DNA of 64,000 bases, from NCBI GenBank assembly GCA_038087875.1, contig CM075988.1:7938001-8002000 (forward strand), written 5' to 3'. A program made the position numbers and the translations under genes. How positions within the stretch are numbered: position 1 is the stretch's first letter; each line of letters starts with the position of its first letter. Shown here one piece after another: positions 25,775 to 39,105 of this stretch. The notes under the pieces are model-generated. The model searched no databases. It was not told the origin of the DNA and saw only the letters and a program-made list of their open reading frames with translations. The stretch is from Malacoraja senta. Its lineage: Eukaryota.

Positions 25775-28700
25775 TTACATGTTGTTATTTCAGTTAACGG
25801 CCACATAACACGTATGTTTAATAACCATGTATACCTTTACCTTTTTGTAGAAAACAACCCAGTGTAGATATGTTGATGAGTCTGAAGAAGGGTCTCGACC
25901 TGAAACGTCAGCCATTCCTCTCCAGAGATGCTGCCTGTCCCACTGAGTTAATGAGTTACTACAGCATTTTGTGTCTATGATACGTTGCTGACGTCATCTT
26001 GTACAATGGTCAATGTGGTAGTTAGAGAACGACAATATAGAGTTATGGAGCAAAGCAGCACGAAAACAGGACCTTGGGCTCAACTCATCCATGCCTACCA
26101 AGTTGCTTAATGGAGATGGTCTCACATGCCCATATACTGGCCCATATACATCCAAACATTTCCTCTCAATGTCTTGAAAATTTAAAGTGAGATTTAATGT
26201 GGGCAAACGTTTTGCACAGAGGGTGGTAGGTATATGGAATGGGCTGCCGGAGGAGGTAGTTGAGGCAGGTACTAAAACAGCATTTAAAAGACAATTGGAG
26301 TAGTCCACGGACAGGAAAGGTTTAAGGGGATATGAGCAGTTAGGACTAATGTAGATGGGGCATCTTGGTTGGTATGGACAAGTTGGGCCGAGGGGCCTGT
26401 TTCCATTCTATATAAATTTATGACTGTGACTCAAAAATGTTACAATTGTACTTGCCTCCACCACTTTCTCTGGCAGCTCATTCCATGTAATCAAAAGCCA
26501 ATCTGCAAACCTGTACTTGCTGCAGGTTAGAAGGATGTGGGGGGACCTCATTAAAACATCAAATAGTGAAAGGCCTGGAGAGGGTGGATGTGGAGAGGAT
26601 GTTTCCCTCATGGGAGAGTCTTAGAAAGGAGATGAGGAGGAATTCCTTTAGTCAGAGGGAGGTGAATCTCTGAAATTAATTGCCACAGAAAGCTGTGGAG
26701 GCTATTTATGGATATTTTTAAAGTGGAGATTGACAGATTTTTTATTAGTAGTGGTGTCAGGAGTTATGGGGAGAAGGCAGGATAATGGAGTTGAGAGGGA
26801 AAGATAGCCATGATTGAATGGTGGAGTAGACTTAATGGGCCGAATGGCCTCATTCTGCTCCTAGAACTTACAAACTTAAGAATGTATGAACACTTTTCTG
26901 AAAATTGTAATTTATAAATATATTGAATGTGGATTAAAATGTTGTTTGACTGACATATCAGCTCTTCGAATATGGAATGGCTGCTTTGGTCTTTGCATGA
27001 TCTACCCTTAACTGTCAATAGGAACAACACAAGGCCATTCTGCTATTCAATTAGAGTCATAAGGCATGGAAACAGTAGCTCTCGGCCCATTGAATGCACA
27101 CTGACCACCAAGCACTCATTTACATGAAAACTACACAAATCCCGTTTGATTTTCCTGATTTGCCCATCAATTCCACCCGATTTTACTAATCACTATGTAC
27201 AAGAATCAATCTGCTGTGGTCAATTAACCTTATATTTTTGGAAGGAAACCAGAGCATTCTGGAAGTCCATGAGAAGAATATTTCGCTTGGGTAGCTTACA
27301 ATCCAACGGCATGAACATTGAATTCTCTAATTTGAAGTGATTTCAACTCACACTCCCTTCTGCTCCCCTCTCACTCCTTGCCACCTTCATCTAATTGTTT
27401 TACCAGCTCCACAGTTCTCCACATCGTTTCTCTTGAGATCGCACCTTCCCCAGCCAACAATGGACCTACCAGGTACCGCCATGCCTCAGGTCATTTGAGG
27501 CTGGCCCTGATTGGTCCTGGTCTTTTTTTGCCTCTGGCTCTTCACTCCCTGCCCCACCCCCTACTTGCAGTCTAAAGATAGGTCCCGACCCGACACATCA
27601 CCTATCTTTTTTCTCCAGTGATGCTGCCTGGCCCGCCGAGTTACTCCAGCACTTTCTGTCTATCTTAGGAGAATATATAAACGCTATGTAGACAGCACCA
27701 GAGATCAGGATCGAACCTGGGTCACTTGAACAGCGAGGCAGCAACGCTCCTCCTCGCTATGCCACTGTGCCACGTCGCCATGGCTCATTTATTTCCATTA
27801 GCCTGCCTTGGTTCCTTACCTCTAATACTCAAATTCAAATTAAAATCTCCCCATCTTTGTTTCAGGTTTTCAGCTGATCCTTGCCACAATTTGTCAGAAG
27901 CTCCCAATTTCCTCTGTCTCTGTCCATGGACAATGGCCATAGTTGCTCACACAACGAAATCTATTCATAGAACAAACTCTGGTCGTTACCGCTTCAAACA
28001 TTTTTTTGCTATTTTTCATTGCTATTAAAAAAATGTTTTATTGAACTGAATATAAGGTATTTCTTGAGATTTTTCTGTGAGAGATATGGGCGGCACAGAA
28101 GACACAGTGGCTAGAGTTGCTTCCTCACTTGTCTGTGTGGCGTTTGCACACCCTCCCTGTGACTGCATGGGCTTCATGCGGGTGCTCCGGATTCCTCCCA
28201 CATCACAAAGACATGCGGATTTGTAGGTTAATCGGCTTTCTGTAAATTTGCCCCAATTGTGGCGGGAGTGGATGAGAAAGTGGGACAACAGAATTAGTGC
28301 GGACAGGTGCTTCATTTTCGGTGTGGACTCGGTGGGCTGAAGTGCCAATTTCCATGCTGTATTGCTAAAAACTAAACTAAAAGATCTCAGTGTAATTGTG
28401 AATTACTTTCCAGTATTTATCCGGGGCTGCACAGTATTCAGAGCTAATGTCCCTTTAAAGAGCAAGGTTCAATTTGGACTAGCAGGGGAGAAGGTTGTTT
28501 CATTTGGGTTTGGTTCAGTTGCAATAATATTTCATTAAGGATTTGTTTAAGTGGCAGTGACTTGTGCTAATTTAGTGAGATCATTCCTGGGTTGGGCCGT
28601 GATTGGGAGGCTGTCGGTCAGCCCAGACTGTCTGTGTTCTGTGTTGAAACTATCATAGCTGGCACATGCCCAGAATCCTCATCACACAAACCCCCCCGAC

Positions 28701-28779
28701 CCCCCCCCCCCCCGTCCCCCCCTCCCCGACAACAACCACTTTATTTTCTTGCACATCACACGCTTCTGAGCGATCTGGG

Positions 28780-29600
28780 CTAATCAAGGCCTCCCTTCCC
28801 TCCGAGCAGCTACTTTCTCCCATAGTGGGAAAATAATTGAAACAAAGCCTGTTTTCAATGGCACGTCATTTCACATCGAGAGCCGCCTCTTTGTTTGACA
28901 GCCAGCTGGACGCGGTCTGCAAGGAGAGTGAAGCTCTGGGCTGGGGCCACCTCTATTGAACTCCAGTCAGGCAGAAGTCCATCATTGCCCAGCGCTCCTT
29001 TGTCTGAGCACAAAAAACACTTTCAGGCCCTCACATCTCCGATGTGCCTCCTTTTCTCTGCAGCTCCGTCGGAGTAGGATGTACTTTGAAATTAACTAAC
29101 TCGCAAACACATCCAGGGACTCCATTTTCGATTCAGCAGCAAAAGCCGAGCAACCTGGGGTTGGATGCTTGTACCTTGCAATTCTAAGGTCGAGGTCGTG
29201 TGTGGGCCACAGCTCCGTTCCGATCACCTGCCGAGCGGCAGGACAAAGGTTTTGCTTCTGGGGCCTCTGCCTCACTCCATTTCATGCATTGTCGGAGCTC
29301 AGCCTGTCAGGCTGGATCGATGGGATCCCGCGGCTCAGGAAAATGGTATCCCATAAGCAAGGGGGATTACAATGTGCTGTTTCCCCACAGGGATGATTAG
29401 GGTCCAATTTAAAGGTCAAATTGGGAGAAAATGGGCCCCCGCCGTTTGGGCCTGCTCCTGGACTACCTGACAGGCGAACGAGAGCGTGGCAGTCTTGCCC
29501 CTGCAGTGAGCAAGTCTTGCAGGTGAAGGATCAAACCCGCCAAGTGATAGCCTACATTCTGCCTTCCCTTGCAGATGTAAATGGTTCACTATTGCTGCGC
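28780..29600. promoter_or_regulatory. Candidate enhancer upstream of the first exon
   Basis: Repeat-free and CpG-retaining, with clustered AACAAAG/CTTTGTT (SOX/TCF-like), TGACAG and CAGCTG motifs at about 28840-28910. Confidence 0.3.
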
Positions 29601-30420
29601 TCACAGCTTCTTCCAATAGTATTTATCTCCTATTTATTACATGTTTCGTTACAGCACCATACAGCACAGAAACAGGCCATTCAGCCCACCATCTCCATCT
29701 TTAGTTTAGTTTACTTATTTTGCATATCTTTTATTCATTGTTCTTTATCCCTCTCCATCGTCGTCTATATCTCTTGTTTCCTTTATCCGTAACCAGTCTG
29801 AAGAAGGGTCTCGACCCGAAACATCACCCGTTCCTTCTCTCCAGAAATGCTGCCTGTCCCACTGAGTTACTCCAACTTTTTGTTGTCTATCAGCCTGAAG
29901 AAGGGTCTCAACCTGAAACGTCAGTCTGAAGAAGGGTCTCGACCCGAAATGTCGCCAAATTCCTTCTCTCCAAAGATGCTGCCTCACCCGCTGAGTTTCT
30001 CCAGCACTATTTGTCTACATTTGATTTTTCCAGCAGCTGCAGTTCTTTCTTAAACATGTTTAGTTTAGTTTAGAGATACAGCGTGGAAACAGGCCCTTCG
30101 GCCCACCGAGTCCATGCTGACCAGTGATCCCCGCACACTAAGACTATCCTACACACACTAGGGACAATTTACAATTTTACCAAAATCTTTGGAGTGTGGG
30201 AGGAAATCGGAGCACCCGGAGAAAGGTCATGCAGGTCACGGGGGAAATTCCATACAGCCAGCACATGTGGTCAGGAGAGAAACCGGGTCTCTGGCGCTGT
30301 AAGGCACCAACTCTACCACTGCGCCACCATGTAAGGCACCAACTGTAAGGCACCAACTCTACCACTGCGCCACCATGTTGGTCACTAAGCAATCAGCTAT
30401 ACTAATCCTGTTTACCTGCA

Positions 30421-30905
30421 GTTGGTAATTCAATCCTTGAGGAAATATGTTGTTAAACTGAAAAGAGTGCAGAGAAGATTGATGAAGATGCTGCCAAGGC
30501 TCGAGGATGTGAGCTATAGGGAGAGGTTGAGCAGGCTAGGACTTTATTCCTTGGAGGGCAGGATGATGAGGGAGGATCTTATAGAGGTGTACTGTATAAA
30601 ATCATGAAGCGAATAGATAGGGTAGATGCGCAGAGTCTTTTGCCCAGAGTAGGGTAATCAAGAAACAGAAATAGTAGGAATATGAGGGGCAACTTTTTCA
30701 CACAGAGGGTGGTGGGTAAATGGAATAAGTTGCAGAGGAGATAGTTGGGCCAGGTACTATAGCAATATTGAAAAGACATTTGGACACTTGGTACATTGAT
30801 AGGGAAGGTTTGGAGGGATATGGGCAAAACGCACGCAGGTGGGACTAGATGAAGCACTTTGTTTGGCAAGGGTAAGTAAGGCCAAAGTGTTTCCACACTG
30901 TAGGA
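30421..30905 (+). mobile_element. CR1-family LINE 3' fragment
   Basis: Peptide KLKRVQRRLMKMLPRLEDVSYRERLSRLGLYSLEGRMMREDLIEVY. Confidence 0.85.
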
Positions 30906-31499
30906 CGCTAAGTGCTTGTCCAGATACTTTTCAAATATTGTGAGAGTCTCTCTCCCTCCATCATCCACCTATTGTGAACCTAATGAACTTCAGACTGAGA
31001 GTCGGGGAGAGGGTGTCCAGTGATATGGAAGGGTAAGGTGTGAAAACGACAGATCACAGCAGACGATGATAAGGAAATGAAGAATGGTACATTGTTAGCT
31101 GAGGGGAAGGTGACAAGGAGGCATACAATCAGTAAAATTAATCAGAAGGACTGTCAGTGTGTAAGAAGGAACTGCAGATGCTGGTTTAAACTTCAGGACT
31201 GTCACCTCCTTATCACCTTCCCCTCAGCCAACAATGTATCATTCTACATTTCCTTATCATCGTCTGTTTGAACAGTCGTTTTCACACCTTACCCTTCCAT
31301 ATCTCTAGATTACTTCTTCCCTGAGTCTGAAGAAGGGTCTCATCCCAAAACATCACGCATTCCTGAAGAAGGGTCTCAAAACAAAACGTCACCCATTCCT
31401 TCTCTCCAGAGATGCTGCCTGTCACACTGAGTTACTCCAGCATTTTGTGTCTATCTTCAGTGTAAACCAGCATCTGCAATTCTTTCCTACACAGTCCTG

Positions 31500-32876
31500 C
31501 TGGGAATAGCCCTAGGTAGCAATCACCTAAGAGGATCGGCAAGAAGCTATAAATAATGGAAGTGATCCCATAAAGTGGTAAATCAGCGGGCAGAATGTAC
31601 ATTCCTGACAAACAGTGACAATTCAGAAAAAAAATCTCAGCATCACAAGCAAATTGAGATCACAGTCTTCACAATTGCAGATGGGGTTCTTGTCACTGTT
31701 TGACTCTCTCACGCCCCAGGATGGGAGAGCTATGTTGTACATTGCAATGGGGGGGGGGGGGGGTGGGGGGGGAGGGGAGGGGGGAACGTGAGACCCATCC
31801 TGGGCGGCATCACACTAGTTGTCTATCCACTTCCTTGACCTCGATGACGTCAACAGTATTGAATATCAGGTGATATGGCGGATTCATTAACGAACGTTAA
31901 CTGAATCCAGTCAAGTCTCATTTGTATTCCAGCTAAATCCAAATGGAAGCTGGTTCAGTAAAACAGGGTAATACTAAGCACATTCGGAACCACAGCCAAG
32001 CCCAGCTTCATTGGGCATGGTTAACTCGGCGCTACTGAACACAGCCACAGAACTAATTGAAAACCAAACATTGATTAGGAGTTCCAAGTGATTATTACGA
32101 ATGGTGAAATGTCTAGTAAATAAAATGTCATTTAGATTTTCTTTTAAAAACCCAGATACTTTTATTTGTATTTGAAGCTGCAATTTGTTTGGTTGGTGGG
32201 GGGAGGCATTGTCTGTTGCTACTGTTTTAGAATCATTTGGCATTCTTTGTAAACTGTTGCTCCTGCTTTCCAACAGTTCGAACTCAACAGAAACCTCACA
32301 AAGGCAGCGCAGACAGGCGGTAAAATCTATCACAGGATAGTCAATACTGTTTGAAAACAGAATTTCTAAAGGGCTGACATCCTTTATGTGACAATCTTTC
32401 AAGGATGGTAAACCTCTACCTCCCCGATCCTGGAGAGGAAGAAACCAACTCAGCTGGACAGAAATCTGTGTGTTTTTTTGCTGGTAAATCGCAGAAGCGA
32501 AAAAAAGAAATGCTGAGCATGCCCCTGTGTTTGGAAATGTTGCTTTTCTGACGGTGTAGTTTCGAGTGAGGTTTTACAAAGAGAATCTTGCTCTCTCTTC
32601 TTTCCCCCCTCTCTGGATTCCATAGATGTTGCAGTCAGCCCTGGTCCCCAGCTCAGCCCTTGTCCCAGCATGGTGCCATCAAGCCTTTCTGCCCCATTGT
32701 TCGACAACTTAGAAAAAGAAGAGGAAAAACACAAAAGCAGTTGCAAACATGCATGATAACAAATTCCAATAATTTACCAAGGGGGTGGAATGAGACAGGC
32801 ATCAGACTAAGTCGGTGCTGCTGATGCTGCCGTTGTTACCGGCCACAGTGGCAACTCTCCCCAGCACATTTCCTAC
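31500..32876 (+). promoter_or_regulatory. Putative promoter / 5' UTR of first exon A
   Basis: Part of a roughly 4.8-kb SINE-free island (about 31500-36350). Contains a G-tract at 31749-31784 and a CRE palindrome TGACGTCA at 31845-31852, and lies directly upstream of a signal-peptide exon. Confidence 0.5.
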
Positions 32877-33033
32877 ATGATGCCTTCCTTTGCTTTGCTC
32901 TTGCTTTACCTATACATTTTTGTCGAGGCAGAGAGCTCTAAAGTCTGCCGATGTCAATGTACCTGTCCGCTGGACAGGCCTCTGAGAGGGACGAGGCATC
33001 TACACTCCTTCAAGCCCAGCCACAGATCTCGAA
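32877..33033 (+). CDS. First coding exon A of a secreted or type I membrane protein: MMPSFALLLLYLYIFVEAESSKVCRCQCTCPLDRPLRGTRHLHSFKPSHRSR, phase-1 donor
   Basis: ATG preceded by an in-frame stop at 32808. Hydrophobic signal peptide with VEA cleavage-like site. Consensus donor GAA|gtaagt. 157 nt, in a repeat-free island. Confidence 0.75.
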
Positions 33034-36000
33034 GTAAGTACTAAACCTTCTTCACACAGACCCTTTACAATTGCTTTTCCTCAACAATCAAGGTTTGTAT
33101 AAGGCTCTCCAAGCATCTCTCTTCCTCTCTCATTCTGTCCTCAAATAAACACTTTTTTCCCTTCAATACAATAGGGGCTGATTACAAATTTTAATGACCT
33201 TTTTGATATGCATTTCCGCCTTTTCTCTCTTGACTCGAGTTAACTGCGTCTCTTTTTTACCCCCTAAAAAGAAATATGTAAAACTAGTTAAGTGTCTCTT
33301 TGTTGAGTCATTGGACCATCTTGTATAGAGATAACACTCGGGCGAGTCTCTTTCTATCAATTTACTATTGAAATGTAAGCACGGGTCAAAACTCAGACCT
33401 GATCTCCCAGGAGGAAAAACAAACAGAATTTTAATTAGCTTTATCTGAACCGCAATAGTCTTTGTGAAATGGAAATTATTGCGTGCAAATGTAAGTACAA
33501 TAAAATAACAAGTGAGGGAAAAAATGACAATAACTCCTTTTAAATATGTTCTCAACTTAAAGTTTGCATTGACTTCCATCAGTAACAAACGTTTTAAACA
33601 AAATCTTTCCATCCAAAATTCCTCCATCTCTTGCCATGACTTATCGTCGAAATTCTTAGTCACCTATGCCCACCCGTTTAATTAATTTATAGCTCCCTTA
33701 CATCTCCTGAAATCCCATTCAATTCCCCCTCCTCAATAATATTTCATAGCGTTAAACTACATAAAACTTGCCCTCACGATGTTAGTTTAAAAAAATAACT
33801 GAGCAATCCTACACAATCGCCGAAGGAGGTGAAAGCTATTTTATTAAGAGCTCCACGCAAAGCAAAATAAATAAGTAAACATCAGCATTAACTGTAATGG
33901 GAACCCGGCAACAATCCCTACAGTTTCTATTCACTGACTGTAACGTCGGTCAGGTATACCCATCCAACGCAAAGTACCAAGTGATCTATTTAGACCAGCC
34001 GTCCAAATGGTTTATATCTTAACAAGGCGAGCAGCGAGGTAGACATCGCTAACACAAAGGAAAGCTTAAGAAATATTAAAACAGCATTGTGCGTCATAAT
34101 TAATTTATTTGTTTAATGTAACTGTAACAAGGAGCTGACATATATCGCCATTGTAACTATAAGAACTTATGTGTATATGTTTCCGAGAGTTTACATTCAA
34201 TATTAATCTCCCTGTATGTCCATACATTTTGTGTCTATATATGTTCCATGGTTCCTTTATCATGTTTAATTAATTCAAGGTACTGTGAAATTCTTTAATT
34301 TTTACATATATGTCAATAAGATTATTGCCATAACTGTAGTTTGTGTCTATGGGATTACATTTAATCTTCCCCTAAAATATATATTTGAAAAATTAAAGGA
34401 ATAAAATGTAATGTTCTTGTAGGCAATAGTTGATCTCAGCATTAAATTATTTAGACCAGCTTTGGAAAGAAAGCTTATGGTCAATCATACACATAATTAC
34501 ATAACAATGAGCCACTCGTATATGCTCTTCTTCCAATTATGCCCCATCTCAATTATGCTAGTTTCTATCTCTTCAATTAATTTTAGTTCTGTTTCCAGCA
34601 TATTTTAGTTGAAAGTCTATTTTTTTGCTCAAAACACTAAGCAGGCTCACATAATATAATAGCCACAGACGAGCAAATAGCTACCGAAGAGCATATGCTC
34701 AGTAACGAAAGCTGAATGAATTCTCGCTAAAAAATCAATTGTTTCAAGGTGTTGCATAGCAGCATCAGCGGATTTAAAATTGTCTTTCAATGTTAATTTT
34801 GTCAATCGCTGTTAGCGTTTTGTAATGAATAATGCTCTGTTCATGCAAGTTTCATTGAATTGTGATTGTATTAAATTCCCAACAGGCCATGTCCCTTTCA
34901 TGGCCGCTCCCACTGGATCCCACTTCTTTCATGTCAAATTTTTATTGGATTTGTTTTGTGTTAAAATTCCATTAGGTTGGCTTGTTACACGTGTACCTTG
35001 CATTGGATTCCATCTATTTTGTGATTATTTGTTTCTCAGACATTAGTGCCTGTCCTTTCGGGACTGATCTTCTTGCATAGCTTGGCCTATATATGATTTC
35101 ATACTCCTACTGATTTGCTTGTCTGAACTGCCCTCTAAGCGGCTTGATTGGCAACAGAGTTAATGCAAACAAGGCAAAGATTGGACAATAAATGTTGACT
35201 TGGCCAACAATACCCACATCCTGAGATTATCAATTATTAACCTTTCCCTGTTGGTTTGCTGATTAATGCATCCCTTTGCAGTTATAATGTTATTTTACCA
35301 CAATCACTAATAAGGTTTAATGATAAAATTGAATACTGCAAGGAGTCACCTATATCAAGAGAGAAAACAGTAGGGATGTTGGTGGAGCCTGATGTAAGTG
35401 AGTTTATTTGCCTGATGGATTTAAGTGGCTCTCTGAAACATTGCTTTAGCAAAAGTCCAAATGCACGGTGCTGGAATCTGGTGATTTAAATATATTTTTT
35501 GGTGATATATTATAACAGTCAGGAAACAATATAACCCTATACCATTGGTTCATGAATCAATTCACTCAGTTTAATGCAGGAAAGTATATTGGTTCCTATA
35601 GTTATATCACCCCTAATAGAAAGTTGATTCATTTCAATTCTTGCATAATTCTGAATTTCTGCTGCTGCTGAAAATAATTGGATTTTATAAGTAAATTAAT
35701 TTTGAAACTTGAAGAAAGCATTCCTTGGAATTGTTTGTGCTGTTGCTCATTGATATAACAAATGACCAAGAAAACTTTGACTAGTTTAGAAAAAATCAAA
35801 ATTGAAATATGTGCCTATTAGAGAAGACTTCTATTCGAAACGCTTCACTGCTTCAACGCCAATGTTCACATTTCCACAGCCATTCCTTGATTTATGGAAG
35901 AAATGCAATTTAGAAAACATTTGTTGAAGTAAAATGTCATAACTTGAAAAAGCTATGTAAAATGCTTGACAGCTATGGTAAAACCTATTTGTCTGCATGG

Positions 36001-36667
36001 TGAGTGGTGCGTGATTAATCACAGTGAAAAATAGATATTTAATTTGAAGGCACCCCCACCACAAAGGGTCACCAGCGATGTATTAAAAATCCATAAATCA
36101 AACATTCATGAATTGAGGAATACCTGTATGCAGTTTATCTACAGGAAAACGATTCAGAGTGTATGCTAAGCGGAAAGGTGGGAAGCAAGTGTCACATCAG
36201 GTAAAATTAACACGTGACCGAAACCTTGAACAAACCAATGGGTTTTAAACAACATTTTAAAGAAGAAAGAGATAGAATTGGACAGAGCTGGGAAGGTTTA
36301 GGGAGGAAATTCCCAAACTAGTGATTTTGGCAAAAGAAGATGCAGTTTGTGTTAAATTTTATTGTGTATTGTGTGTTCTTTTTAAGTGTATCGCTGCTGT
36401 CAAATTCATTTCACTGCACCTTCGGGTGCATGTGGCGAATAAAATTGACGTTGATTTTGACTTTGACTTTGAAGCTAATAATGGAGTGAAATAAATAAAC
36501 TGAAAAAGAGTAGATTTGGAGAATTGCAGAGCACATGGAGTTCCTTAAAGATTATAGATGTGGAAGAGTGTCCATGGGGATGTCTGTGAGAAAAATAGGG
36601 AGGGATTTGAATGCACAGTCTTTAATTTTAAAACATCACAGAAAAACAGGCAATATAAATCACAAGT

Positions 36668-36695
36668 CTGAAGAAGGGTCTCGACCCGAAACGTC
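36668..36695 (+). ncRNA. Minimal hammerhead ribozyme-like motif (intact core) in solo Penelope-derived module
   Basis: CTGAAGA-A-GGGT/CTCG/ACCC-GAAAC-GTC. An identical copy is at 39034-39061. Confidence 0.65.
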
Positions 36696-37709
36696 ACCCA
36701 TTCCTTCTCTCCAGAGATGCTGCCTGTCCCGCTGCGTCTATCTTCAATATAAATCAAGTAAATGAAGAACTGTCCCCATCCAAAATGTCACCTAGCCATG
36801 CTCTCCAGGGATGCTGCCTGACCCGCAGAGTTACTCCAGCATGTTGTATCTTCCAATAAAAATCAATCTATCTTGTAATTAACTATTGGCATTTCAAGTC
36901 AGTTTTCCAGGAGTTTAGTCGACACAACTGTCACAGCATTTCGGAACTTAACTGTGGGCTGAGAGAAAATGCCTAAGTTTCAATTTACAGGACAACCAAT
37001 ATAAACTCCCATTCATGGCTGGGGTGTGAGGAGCGGAGCATAAACTACACACACAGAAGGTGAGATCATCAGTGTGAGTGGGCAGGCATCTCTCCCACAG
37101 AGATTATCAGCATGTGCCAGAAGCCTGGGGGCAAACTTATCCTCAGCCGACCGCACAAGATTAGGAATGAAATAAAATGAGATGAAAATATCAGTTGACC
37201 ATAATTCTTTATAATTTCTGTAAAAAATAAATGAAACTTGTGCATTGAAGCAAATGGAGCAACTTTTTTGGCTTGAAAGCAGTAAGTCCCACATTTCTCT
37301 TAATTGGCCAATTAACCACTCATTTTACACAAAATTAGTTGCTTTCATTATTTTTTAATGTGGTAATTTTTTTTTACTTCCGCTTGATAAAACCTGCCTG
37401 AAAGAGACTGTTTTGTAGCAGCGTGTGGTGTAATGCTCTTCCAGTGACTGAGTTTGTAGTGTATAGAGGCAGAAGCTGAATGCTCCCACTACTGGATGCT
37501 CTCACTAAACAGAACTATGATCATCCAAACATTCTTGCCACTTTGGTGAGTGGCAGATTTTATGGACTACTAGTCGTATTAATAGTTCGACCCACTTTTA
37601 GTTTACTTTCAGATGTAACACGGAGATTTGCCAGTGAACGAGAGGAGTTTATAAGGAGCATGGGCACCGAGCCTTGATGACTTGATAAGGTCGATGACAT
37701 TGGTCTGTG

Positions 37710-38750
37710 GAATGGGATATTTTCGGATTGGTTGCAGGTGACTTGTGGTGTTCCGCAGGGGCTCGTTTTGGGGCCATAAGTTTTCACGTTGTATATCTAT
37801 GACTTGGATGATGGAATTGATGGTGTTATGGTCAAGTTTGGTACAAAGATAGATGGAGGGGCGGGTAGTGTTGAGGATGCAGGTATTCTGCAGAAGGACT
37901 TGGATAGTGGGCAAAGGCGTGGCAAATGGAATAGAGCGTAGCAACGAGTACAGTCATCCACTCTGGCAGAAGGAAGAAATGCGTAGACTATTTTCTAAGT
38001 CGAAAGATTTCCAAAATCAGAGGTGCAAAGTGACTTGGGGGAACTGGTGCGGGATTCCCAAATGGTGAATTTACATATTGAGTCAGTTGGTAAAGAAGGC
38101 AATGCAATGCTAGCATTCATTTCAAAGTGGCTAGAATATGAACACAAGGGTGTAAAGCTGAGGCTTTATAAATTGCTGGCAAGGACACATTTGGAGCATT
38201 GTGAGCAGTTTTGGGCTCCAGGTCTGAATAAGGATGCATTGGCATGGGAGAGGGTCCAGAGGAGGTTTACGAGAATGATCCCTGGGATGAATGGGTTAAT
38301 GTATGAGGAGCGTTTGATGGCTCTGGGCCTGTACTTGCTGGAGTTTAGAAGGATGAGGCGGGGGGGATCTCATTAAAACTTAACAGATAATGAAAGGCCT
38401 ATTTGAGTGTAAAGGATGTTTCCAGTGATGAGAGAGTCGAGAACCAGAGGGCACAACCTCAGAATAAAAGGATTTACCTTTAGAATGGCAATGAAGAGGA
38501 ATATCTTTAGCCAGAGGGTGGTGAATCTGTAGAATTCCTTGACATAGACGGCTGTAGAGGCTAAGACATTGGGTATTTTTTAAAGTGGAGATTGACAGGT
38601 TCTTGATTAGTAAGGGTGTCAGGGGTTATGGGGAGAAGGCAGGAGAATGGAGTTCAGAGGGAAAAATAGATCAGCTATGATCAAATCATGGAGTAGACTC
38701 AATGGACCAAATGGCCTAATTGCACTCCTATGGTCTTATGGTCTTATGGA
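37710..38750 (+). mobile_element. CR1-family LINE ORF2 3' part, decayed
   Basis: VTCGVPQG..LGP, YIYDLDDG, LYKLLARTHLEHCEQFWAP..ERVQRRFTRMIPGM..LGLYLLEFRRMR, and (atggtctt)n tail. Confidence 0.9.
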
Positions 38751-39105
38751 CCTCGTGAATTTAGGAAGAGCTCGGGAACAATGTTCTGGCCATTTTAAAA
38801 GGTGTGAGAATCATGGCGCATTATTGATCTCTCTAACTTCAAGTAACCCCGGCATTCCCTCTCCCTCTATTCCTCCACCATCCAAGTCGCACAGGCTTTG
38901 TTTTCACCCAATAAACAGCTAACAGTGGCCTGTTTCCTTTATCGTCGTTACTTTTTGGCATATCTTTCATTCATTGTTCTTTATCTCTCTACACCATCAT
39001 CTACATCTCTCATTTCCCTTATCCCTAACCAGTCTGAAGAAGGGTCTCGACCCGAAACGTCACCCATTCCTTCTCTCCAGAGACGCTGCCTGTCCCGCTG
39101 AGTTG

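Noticed and set aside
33163..33663. 166-aa minus-strand ORF, and similar ORFs at 31974-32402 and 46369-46938
   Set aside because: No recognisable domains or splice context; composition fits chance ORFs in AT-rich noncoding DNA.
37613..37677. Possible exon 2 (tttcag|ATGTAACA.. giving NVTRRFASEREEFIRSMGTEP*) in phase with exon A
   Set aside because: Ends in a stop after 21 codons, abuts a decayed CR1 and may be part of it. No supporting similarity.
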